From contig NW_027271798.1 in NCBI RefSeq assembly GCF_040938485.1, forward strand, positions 248,001 through 312,000: a stretch of DNA of 64,000 nucleotides. Reading direction: 5' to 3'. Numbering within the stretch: position 1 is the stretch's first letter; the number at the start of each line of letters is the position of its first letter. This document shows, one piece after another, positions 54,490-64,000 of the stretch. Both the position numbers and the translations under genes were made by a program. The notes below the pieces were generated by a model, which worked only from the letters and a program-made list of their open reading frames with translations, did not search any database and was not told the DNA's origin. The DNA comes from Diadema antillarum. Taxonomy: Eukaryota.

Positions 54490-55417
54490 GTATGTATTTG
54501 CTGCTGACCTTTTGTCATGTAACATGTTTGCACAGGGTGTTAAAATTCACAAAGAAACTCTTCTCTCTCACAAGGTTATTAAAAAGATGAACAGATACAA
54601 AAACCAAGGAGAAAAGTGGAGTATGATGACACTACTAAACACAATCTCTTATCTTATGTCAATACATCTGCATTTGTCAGTTGTATCTACTATATTAGGA
54701 ATAGAATATATGTCAAGATATTTTGCAAGGTTTTCCCTGACAGTCTTGCATAGTTTAATTAAACTGTTATGAAAGAAGTAAAAATAAAACTTTTTTTTTC
54801 TGCATGAAAATTGTCACAAAGGTGGGATGCCATGTTCCATCTCAAGTGTCAAGAAGCTGACATGCAAAGAACATAATATAGTTAGATTACAAAAGGAGGT
54901 GAGGTATATAAAAGAGGATGTATGTTTCCACAAATAATACTATATTCCAAATTGATTGGAATGAAAGTGCTGGGGGGGGGGGTCGGGGTGGAGTTCGATA
55001 TCCTGTGGAATGTTTGCCTTCAGCTGTCAGATGGCTTTGAGACACAGCTCTCTGTGGCATATAGGAGTTATTAGGCAGCATCTGTCTTTATGACATTACT
55101 TCACAGAGTGTTGAGGATTTAAAATTAAATTATTCTAGCAGTGACTGATGAAGTAGATTCAATAACTTTGAATCATTTTGTCAGAATGTAGTGTTTACCA
55201 AAAATGTTCCTCTTTGCATAGAAAGAATCATCAGAGTTAAACTATTCACTAGTTTGTCTTTTGATCCAAAGTATACCAAGTACCAGTAATGAAAATTTTG
55301 AGCTCAACTGATGATGTGTTGTACTGGTATATGGATGTGTTTCTGTGGATGTGTAGATTGTTGTTTGAAGAGGACCTGTTACAGATAGCTTTTATGTCAC
55401 TGATATTCTATCCACAG

Positions 55418-55514
55418 ACCCCTGAATCACGTTCCTAAGAAGGAGAAGCTGAGGGAGAGACCAGGCTCTGTGTACATGCCTCTCTTTGGGGGAGATCTGC
55501 AGCAGTACCTGGAT
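55418..55514 (+). CDS. SRGAP: srGAP exon entering RhoGAP (PLNHVPKKEKLRERPGSVYMPLFGGDLQQYLD)
   Basis: ccacag acceptor, GAT|gtgagt donor, phase 2-0; LFGGDL motif marks the RhoGAP start. Confidence 0.93.
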
Positions 55515-56071
55515 GTGAGTACAGATAGAACATCACATGAAATACAATGTTATATGAAGGGAAAGAAGGATGTCAGTGTTAATAGCAATTATGATGTAAT
55601 GCTCCTCTCATCCTTGTGATGGAAGTATTCAATCTTGCATCCCTGGAATGTTTGCACCATCTCCTTGACAAAAGACTACAATTTTTTTTTCTGTAGTGGG
55701 CTAGTGAATCATACTGAGCCTTGAGAACTGTTTGTGGCATAATGTCACAAGTTCTTTGGTAAATGCGTGCTAAGAAAAGCCTGTCAGGAGTTGCAGCACA
55801 CATTACTTGCATGGTAGTAGGGAAGAGTAGCCCTTTCTGTGACTTCATCTAGCAAAGACTTTATAAGCTTTATGTGGTATATTTGCTGTATATTTCATCA
55901 CATGTGACTGTAGAATGTCCATGTATTAGAGCCCTGTGTAAACAGATGGGAGCTGGGTGCCTTTTTAATGTTCTTAACTGACAAATGGTGTTATATAAAT
56001 GCTGGTCATAATCATTGTCGTCATCATCATCAATAGTAACGCTGTTGTTCCTCTGTTTCCTTATATTGCAG

Positions 56072-56132
56072 TCTGGCAACTTTCAAATCCCACCTATCGT
56101 TGCAAGCTGCATAGAGTTTATCACAGTATATG
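56072..56132 (+). CDS. SRGAP: srGAP RhoGAP exon (SGNFQIPPIVASCIEFITVYG)
   Basis: ttgcag acceptor, TG|gtgagt donor, 61 nt, phase 0-1; IPxIVxSCI motif. Confidence 0.95.
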
Positions 56133-56174
56133 GTGAGTATACATGTTGGAATTTGTGCGATATCTGTGTATGAT

Positions 56175-56500
56175 AACTTTGGGCTTCAGTCTGACCACTC
56201 AAAAAGTTGTGGACAAATTTGAATATAATTTTCAGGAAAAGTTGATAAAGATTCAAGGAACAGATGATAAAGACTCAAGGAACAGATGATTAAATTTTAG
56301 TAGTGATCTGGATCAACTACGGAATTCAAGCTGTGTGTATTTGAGGAGGTGCTAGGGACACAGCAAGAAATTAACAGAGACACTGTACTAGAAAGGATTC
56401 TTTATCATTGTGAAATTTAGCTATTTTTAGCATATATACATATATATGGTTGGAAATGAGCTTTGCTGAGATCTGCTCTTCAAGTGCTTTTCTACTTCTT
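56175..56500 (+). mobile_element. HINE/DINE-1-like fragment with small internal duplication
   Basis: shares core with 1105-1370; tcaaggaacagatgat duplicated at about 56252-56290. Confidence 0.55.
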
Positions 56501-56581
56501 GTTTTTGTAAGAGACAGTGATATAAAATGACTTGATTGGATGATGTTTTACCTGCTGATGATTTGTTTGTTTGTTCTCTAG

Positions 56582-56659
56582 GCCTCCATCACCATGGCAT
56601 CTTCCGACTACCAGGCTCTCATCTGGAGATCAATGACATGAAGGAGCAGTTTGAGAGGG
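56582..56659 (+). CDS. SRGAP: srGAP RhoGAP exon with arginine finger (GLHHHGIFRLPGSHLEINDMKEQFERG)
   Basis: ctctag acceptor, GG|gtaggt donor, 78 nt, phase 1-1; GIFR catalytic Arg codon CGA at 56605-56607 is intact. Confidence 0.96.
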
Positions 56660-58145
56660 GTAGGTCTTACCTCATAGCTGATTACTAGCTAAAGACACAA
56701 TAGATCTGTTTGATGTCATTTCTCTGCATAGAAGTGAACGGCCACGCCAAGTCCAGGAAAATCTCACTGACACAAACCCACGCACACACATACTGTCACA
56801 TACACTGACATAAAAAGGAAATCACAGAATTTCCTTCCATTTCAAAACGGTTTGAATGAAGATGTCATATCTCTGATAATATCTTCTTTTATGAAGAAAA
56901 AAAAACAAGCAGATATGCTGTGAAAGCTGTTTATGTATGGACAAACTTTGTAACGGTCATTAATTTTAACAGTGTTATTCTTCTTCCAAGAGCATAGGTA
57001 AAAAATGTTTAAGTACAGATTTGCCTAATTGTGCATGTCCTCATGGTAGAGACTGCAGTCTTCTTCGGAATCTTCTTCTTCGACAAAGTACAGGCCACAA
57101 TATGGTGTATCAGTGTACCACATTAGATTTGCACACAACATACTGTACTCATCATCACACTGCTATGTATGTGTCCATGCAAACTTATCGAATAACTTGA
57201 ACACATTACACTTACCTTTATGCTTAGTTCCTGTCCAAGCATTTCATACAGAATAGTCAACATTTTTCTTTGAAAGAATCTTGTGCTGTCTAAATTTCTT
57301 AGTGGTTTAAAGACAACAGAAGTTGTATTAAATGTACATTCCTTCCCTTGCGTAGAACCTTCATCCTGAATCATTATCTTGAACATTCTATTAGTTTTTA
57401 CACATGCACTCCTCAGTTATTGATACATGTATGTTACATGTATGATCCTGGAGGTTAATGTTATTATACACTTCACCCTATGGAGAGAGGAACACATCAT
57501 CTTTATTTATTTGGGGGGGGGGGGGTGATTAAATAACAGCTACCATGTTTTAACCTTCCTTGAGCATATATATTCAGTATCTGCCTCCACCCCCCCCCCC
57601 CCAAAAAAAAAAAAACCAACAACAACAACAACCTACTATCAGTATACTGCACATATAAAGTCTCTGCAGAAAATGTGCATTGAGTTGATTATAGTGTAAG
57701 CTCTCAGATTGTGCAGTTTCATATCTTATTAAAAAAACAACAACAACAATGAACACTCATAGTTTGCAGAATATTCATGGCATGATGCAGTGTGTACATT
57801 TCATCTTATGCCTCCTGACAACTGCCAGAGCATGTAATGTGGATGATACTATAGCCACACAAATTGATGTGTGATTGATCATGAGCCTGTTTTCTGTGCC
57901 ACTTGATGGGACTAATGAGTGGGAGAGTGAAACCAACACCCATTCTACGAAATCTTTTGGTTTCCTTTTCGTAAGGCAGCAGACAATCCTGGACAATGCC
58001 AAAGTGTTTTTTTTTTTAAAGTGTATTTTGTCACAGAAGCGTAGCGAACTTGCAACTGTAGGACGCTAGAAAGTTGAACAGGAAATCTGATAAGTGGCCA
58101 GTAGTTAGTGTAGATAGTGTTTCATGATGAAAAGGATTAGGGTTG

Positions 58146-59001
58146 TTTTTATGTCTCCTTCATGAAGTGGCGCTGGATGCATAATGTTGTGGGTTGTCCA
58201 TCTGTGCATCCGTAATCAGTTTGTGGAGGACGTAACTTGAGAACAGTTTCAGGTAGTCAAACGAAACTTGGCTTATGTATGTAAGAATGAAAGAAGTTGT
58301 ACCCATTGAAATGGGCGTATATGCTCAAGGTCAAAAGTCAAGGTCAGATGCTAAAATTTCACTGTGTTCCTCATATCTCTACAATGCTTGAATTCATTTT
58401 AATGAAACTTAGTGTATACATGTACAGACGTGGATTCTTCATGGAAAGTTTTGGGACATAAGGTCAAATGTCACATAAAAATGCTAAAATTTCACTTCTT
58501 TCCTCCATATCTTGAAAATGGCTTAAAGTATCTTCATGAAACTTTGTGCTTCTATGTGTATTGCCTGACATTGATTCTCTTTGGAAGTTCTTGGGTCAGA
58601 GATCAAAGGTCAAGGGTCAGTGGTCAAGTTGAAATGGTGAAAATCTTATGCTGAAATTGCACAGTTTTCTCCATACCTTTAATAGAAATCATTGAATGTA
58701 CTTTATACACTTGCATTTGTAGGAGGTATACAATTTGTAAATGCATTGTCACACAGGGATTATGCAGGGAAAATTTTAGACTGTGAGGTCAAAAGTGAAA
58801 ATACTAAAATTTCACTTGTTTTCCATATTTTGAAAATGGCTCAAAGTATTGTCTTGAAAATCGGTGTATGATTACCGAATAATGATTATCTGGCCATCAT
58901 GTGAAATTGTTGTCTCACATTGGCAATATTTACTGTTGACCTCTTGTGAGAATAATGTGATATGGCGGAGGCATACCAGTTGCCATAGTGACATTTCTAT
59001 T
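58146..59001 (+). mobile_element. HINE-like non-autonomous Helentron
   Basis: ttttatgtctcc 5' end, ggcggaggcata...ttctattt 3' end, tandem ggtcaa core repeats. Confidence 0.65.
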
Positions 59002-59183
59002 TATTTATTTTTTGTTCTTTCTTTCCAGAGGTGGTCTCACTGACAATATTAAAGGAAGTTGATATTTCACAAACTAATGTGTCTTTACATGAGGGTGTAA
59101 TTAGTGCTGTGGGCTGCAGTTTGCTGGGAGTGAGATAATTATCTTTGTTTGTTTTTCTATGTCGTTGTGTGTGCTATATCCAG

Positions 59184-59318
59184 GCAAAGACCCAATCTAT
59201 GGCCTGGGTGAGGAAGGAGATGTAAATGTGGTGGCCAGTGTGCTCAAGGCCTACTTCAGAGAGCTTCCTGAACCACTCTTCCCTAAGGACAAGTTTGACA
59301 AGTTCATGGATTGCATCA
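59184..59318 (+). CDS. SRGAP: srGAP RhoGAP exon (GKDPIYGLGEEGDVNVVASVLKAYFRELPEPLFPKDKFDKFMDCI)
   Basis: atccag acceptor, CA|gtaaga donor, 135 nt, phase 1-1; DVxxVASVLKxYFRELPEPL motif. Confidence 0.96.
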
Positions 59319-59916
59319 GTAAGAATTACTAGTCGTGACACACATCAAAAGTAAACACATGACATACATGTGTGTCAACTACTTTAGAGATATGCAGAAA
59401 GAATGTTGTAATGTCAAGACAATTCTAAGGGTATAATATCTTTGTGGTAGAATAGAGAATTTACACAGATTCACCATTATATCAACCATTAGTTTTAGAA
59501 TAAATAGTGGTGTTGGGTGTTGAAACTTCACTTCTCTCCCGTTTTATGTACCTATTGGTGAAGTTTGTGATTGTAAAAGTCATGGCTCCATCAACAAGGC
59601 AAGCACCGGACGTGTAGTGGAGGAAACAATCAAACAAACACCTTTCTGTAACATTCTCTCTTAGATTTGTGTCGGTTTTACCATTAGTGTACGCTTAGTG
59701 TCGTTGGACATGAAAGAACATATAGTACTCCTTTCTGCATTAAGCAAGGTCTCTCTTCCATGTTATTTTAATAGGAAATACACATGGTAGAGTGTTTTTA
59801 CAGTTCACTGTAACAATAGTGTGTGTTCTAAGCATTTGTTGGCAGCAGCCGTAAATCATCATGAGTATGTTGTTCCAGTGTGTCCATGGAGATTGTCTGT
59901 GATTCCATTATGACAG

Positions 59917-59942
59917 ATCTACCACCAGGCAGGGAGAGGATG
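59917..59942 (+). CDS. SRGAP: 5' remnant of the expected RhoGAP exon (NLPPGRERM), truncated and fused to a MITE half
   Basis: tgacag acceptor with correct phase 1; (N)LPPGRER aligns position-for-position with vertebrate KLENPAER / RIDNLYER; sequence switches to MITE at about 59942; no LP...MRYLFAFL part found in 59319-61576. Confidence 0.6.
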
Positions 59943-60127
59943 GTCCCAACTTTTATTAGGACAACTTTGTTTTATTATATCTCAGCCATTTTAAAACCAA
60001 TTTTCATCAAAGTAAACTTTTAATTCTAGAATGAGTATGCTCTTTGATATTTCATATAAGTGCTTCTAATTATGTCACAAAGCATTAAAACCTGAATCCC
60101 TATCTCAACCAAAACTAATCCCTTTAA
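59942..60127. mobile_element. right half only of MITE family A, starting at the central palindrome
   Basis: ggtcccaacttttattagg...aaaactaatccctttaa is collinear with 36357-36549; left arm absent. Confidence 0.85.
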
Positions 60128-60130
60128 TCA

Positions 60131-60326
60131 TACAGTGCACTCCCATTATAACAGACATGGTTCTAATGAAATTCTCGTTACAATGAAGTAAAAATTGAGT
60201 TCCCAAAAGTATCATCTTTATATCTTTATATACTTTACTGTTGGGCTGTAGCAAAATTTCGATATAACGAAAGAAAACTGCTCGTGCCGAGGACATACAG
60301 CTGTAGCTATAATGGGAGTGACCTGT
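60131..60326. mobile_element. TA-MITE family D, second copy
   Basis: tacagtgcactcccattataac / gctataatgggagtgacctgt. Confidence 0.8.
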
Positions 60327-60550
60327 GCATGCAAGCCATGTGACATCATCTACACTCTGGGACTTAAGTGGGGGACATGTATTCTTAACAAGTCTTGCTG
60401 CTAGGGATTGTGATTTATATGGAATGAATTCTATTGTACAAAGTAGAATAGACTATTCTCTCTGATAGTAGAAATCCACATTGTCAAATAATTACGAAGG
60501 ATTCACAGAAGAGAGAAGTAATATGTATTATAAAATGGGTTCAAGAATGT

Positions 60551-61103
60551 AGCCAATAGGAAGCGCTGAAATGAGTCACGTGTGCTTTGGTTATTCTAGT
60601 CCCATCGCACTGCGTGTTAAATCCTATTGCCGATCGTCTGCGCGCGGCGGCTCCTTTGAATTGCATGCATACAGTACGCGCTGTCAATCCTGTAAACAAC
60701 TTCTAGTTCGGGCTGCGGGCCGGCTGGCCTTTCTTCCCTTGTGCATAACATGTGTGGCGAACGTATACTCTTATACGTACACTTTGTACAGTACAGTAGA
60801 CCAAGCGTTGTGGGACCAGATGCGTACATGGAGTCACTTTGAAGGGCAAATCCAGCGATTTAACAGGTTAATTCTCACGCCGTCTTCAGAGTATGTTGTC
60901 TAGTAGGCCTATATGAGGAGTCTATATCAAGTCTTTAAGGTAAAGGGTGCATATTCTATGTAACATAAGTAAGTTTTCATGCGGGAACTTAAGTGTCCGG
61001 AAACCCAACCCCCCATCATACTTATACTGTATGTGCGGGATTTCCGAGCGTGACGTGTGTAAATGTTTGGGACGAACATCTTCGGACGTCTTGACCCACA
61101 AAG
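60551..61103 (+). promoter_or_regulatory. intronic CpG-rich island with CCAAT, AP-1 and E-box motifs (possible internal promoter)
   Basis: agccaatagg, tgagtca and cacgtg clustered at 60551-60582; CpG-rich through about 61140; AAG|gtacga donor at 61104. Confidence 0.4.
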
Positions 61104-61156
61104 GTACGAGAAAAACGCTGAAAAATGCTGTTAGTTTTCGAATTTTCGACCCATTT

Positions 61157-61341
61157 TATAAAACAAATGATGCACAGTATTATTTCGTGGCGTTAGTGGA
61201 GGCGTAGCTCACTCTCGGGTATTTACAATGTAGTGCAACATGCACTCGGCTTCGCCTCAAGCATGTTTCACAATTGTAAATACCCTCGAGTGCGCTATAC
61301 GCCTCCACTAACGCACTCTATCCTGTGCATCATTTGTATAA
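61157..61341. mobile_element. palindromic MITE
   Basis: arms caaatgatgcacag / ctgtgcatcatttg and gcgttagtggaggcgta / tacgcctccactaacgc around ctcggcttcgcctc. Confidence 0.8.
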
Positions 61342-61576
61342 GATAACAGGACAGCTCACATTGAGAGTACGCTAAGCCTTTATTGTAAAATTGTGGTTTA
61401 TTGCTTTGTTTTGATTAGTCAGACAAGTGTATCTGTAGGCAACCAGAAGCAAGAAAATATTACATGTAGTGCTGCTGACCAATAAAAGTAGCAGGGCAAG
61501 AGTTAGCATTAGTGCCAGAGCTATGTATTGCTAGTGTGAGAAGAGTCCCTGAATTTCCTGCTTCTTGTTTTGCCAG

Positions 61577-61789
61577 ACTGTCTCAGTACAGTGATGAACA
61601 CATGATGGACACACACAACCTTGCCCTCTGCTTTGGGCCCACCCTCATCAGACCACCAGATGGCTACGACGAGGTTGCCTACCAGGGTAACATCAATGAC
61701 CTCGTGGAGACCATGATCCTCTTCCAGAATGAGATCTTCCCTTCAGAGCCGGGTCCACTCTTCCAGATGGAGAACAATGCAGACCTGAG
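61577..61789 (+). CDS. SRGAP: srGAP RhoGAP C-terminal exon (LSQYSDEHMMDTHNLALCFGPTLIRPP...LFQNEIFPSEPGPLFQMENNADL)
   Basis: ttttgccag acceptor, AG|gtatgt donor, 213 nt, phase 2-2; NxMxxxNLAxCFGPTL-type motif. Confidence 0.96.
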
Positions 61790-62520
61790 GTATGTTTGCT
61801 GAGCATTTCCAAGGCATGCATACTGACTGCAGTCAAGGCACATTACTGATGATTGCTCAGTAGCCTCAATCAGATGAGTGTGTTGGATAGGGAATGATTC
61901 AACTGTAAAAATGTATTGTTTGCTTATTAGGCTACTGAAGCTTTAAGTTTCTAGAATAAAGAAGATTGATACATGAGTATTACTAGTAAAAGTACAAGTG
62001 CATATGAATGCCCAAATGCATATTGAAATTTGGTTAACCCATTATATACCCCCACAATCAAAAGTCACATATTGAGTGTATATTTGCAGCTTTCAGCAGT
62101 TATTGCTATGTGGAACAACTCAATAGTGATAGTGATACATTTGGATGCTGTGATTTGTCAATCTGAAGGCAGCCTTGACTCAGTTTTTTGTCGTTCTTTT
62201 ATTCATAGCCTTGTTTTTTTAAACAGATTGAGGTTGTTTTTAAATTTCTAGAGTATGTATTTCTGGAGTACTTGCAAAAAACTTTCAACAGTAGTGATCA
62301 TGGTTTGTTACTAATATAAAGACTTATGACTGTAGTGATCATAGTGACACTGCAGCATATTCTGCTAATGCTTATTTTACAACTACTGATATTACTGCTG
62401 CTGACGTAATGAAATCACATATTGTAATGTGTGAGTAACAGTTTTCATTGACGTTCATCTCACAGTAGGGTACTTATTAGTCTTAATGTCCAGTCATTTT
62501 GTTCCCCATTTTGATCATAG

Positions 62521-62585
62521 TCCAACAGGCAGCCTGGAAACAATACCAGAATCAGTGATTGATGAGACAGACAGCACCAATGATA
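62521..62585 (+). CDS. SRGAP: srGAP exon in GAP-SH3 linker (SPTGSLETIPESVIDETDSTND)
   Basis: catag acceptor, A|gtaagt donor, 65 nt, phase 2-1, open frame; acidic linker as expected before the SH3 exon. Confidence 0.78.
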
Positions 62586-64000
62586 GTAAGTTCCATCCCA
62601 CTCCAAAGTCTGCTTTTATTGTCTTCTGAATGGTCATGCAAATGGTTACTTCAGTATGATTCAAATGTTGTGGAAAACTAAGGATGTAATTTTCTGTATG
62701 CATGACGTCGCTGGGGTGATAAGACCTCGTATCTACAAAATGTCAAATGTTCAGGAGAGTAAAAAAACATGGCGGCCAAAGCACTATAGTGAATGGGATA
62801 GCCTTTCCTTTGACATGCCGTGGTGGCTTCATTTTTTAAGTAAGACAGTTGGGATTTGGACAGGACATCACTTAACCAATTATTTGACTATTAATCTAAG
62901 AAAGTCATTTTCATCAAAATTGCAGATACAAGGTCTTATCACCCCAGCGACGATAAATATCTTTTACAGTCAACCTTGCTTATCCTTAAATATCCAAACC
63001 TCATTAGAAATGCTATTTGCAGACTGCAGCTTCTCACTGTTCATAACGCCCCAATATTATACCAAGCATTGGAGGGTGAGGAGAAGACATTAGAAGGGTA
63101 AAATGCTGGGAGTGAATAACACAAGCACACAGGACTGTGCTGTCAAATGTTTAGCTTTACAAAAGTACTTGGCGGTTAAAATACAACTAAGTGCTAAAAC
63201 AATAGAGTGGAAAACTTGTTCATTCTCTTTTCATTCTTCTATTGTGGCACTTCACTTTTGTGAAAACAATGCTACTTGCAAAATATTAGTTTCATCTGTG
63301 GACATAGAGAAAGTTGCACTGCAAAATTTTCTTTAAGTGTTTGCTTGCCAATTGCAATTTTAGTCAGTCAGTTTATGATTCGGATGTTGCAATCACACAT
63401 AACTATCATGTTAATATTACAAATAAAATGAAAGCAAATTATAGATATATTCAATAGGATAGCGTAAAGAGTGAAAGGCTGCATCCTGTTGAGGGTTCAT
63501 GTAGATGAGTGACTAAATCGTCATGTCCCTCCAGGATGTTTATAGAAATAATATTGATTGAAACAAAAAGCTGCAGGATTTTTGGCAACCTGACAGCAGG
63601 TTCAATTGAGTGTATGTGTGCAGGATTCTAACACATTCTCTCTGATTCTTGTAATCCTAACAGATTTTAAGTACTGGTATGTACCAGAATAATGGTTTAA
63701 AAATAATTTAGTGGTATATGAAATGATTTTAGTAACATCTGGTTGTATAGAAGATGAGATAATTCAAACTGATAATAACAGTAGCAAAGGAGTTTGTGTA
63801 TTAATGAGTGAAATATGATCTGTAAAAAAGCAGCTGTGTTACTAACTGTAGACTGATGCCAGGAAATGTGGATACACTGTACGTTGTTCAGTGCTTTCTA
63901 TTAGGGAGCTTTTATAGATTTTTGCGACTTGGACGAACAGAGGAAAAACCTGTTTTGGGCATGCTCAAATTTTCTAGTGAAAATCGACCTGGCATCATCC

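Noticed and set aside
60797-60890. Phase 1-2 AG-GT segment as a substitute for the missing RhoGAP exon
   Set aside because: Its translation (IDQALWDQMRTWSHF...) lacks the LP and MRYLFAFL motifs; retained only as part of the internal-promoter hypothesis.
61512-61576. In-frame upstream extension (MPELCIASVRRVPEFPASCFAR) that could bridge exon 59318 to 61577 via weak AGs
   Set aside because: No similarity to the RhoGAP helix; it overlaps the true polypyrimidine tract and the acceptors are weak.

Overview
Eukaryotic, AT-rich animal genomic DNA. The repeat families and mosaic CpG pattern suggest a marine invertebrate, probably a sea urchin (inference). The window is almost entirely the body of one plus-strand SLIT-ROBO Rho GTPase-activating protein gene (srGAP family: F-BAR followed by RhoGAP). 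Fifteen intact exons from 9276 to 62585 were reconstructed by translation, GT-AG sites and phase matching. The canonical first two exons and the SH3/C-terminal exons are not visible and presumably lie outside the window. Introns are packed with non-autonomous DNA transposons: TTAA-, TA-, 3-, 4- and 8-bp-TSD types and Helentron/HINE-like elements, several of them nested. There are also microsatellites and a 169-bp assembly gap. Main anomalies: (1) One RhoGAP exon appears truncated after about 25 nt and fused to the right half of a palindromic MITE at about 59942, which breaks the frame (deletion allele or assembly error). (2) A 4.86-kb CpG-rich cassette bounded by 18-bp inverted repeats and an ATA duplication (105-4961) carries an ATG-initiated mini-exon whose phase fits the first visible srGAP exon. 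(3) Intronic CpG islands at about 26.7-27.6 kb and 60.5-61.1 kb may be internal promoters; the latter has an in-frame ATG exon. No prokaryotic features, CRISPR arrays, rRNA or intact tRNA genes were seen.
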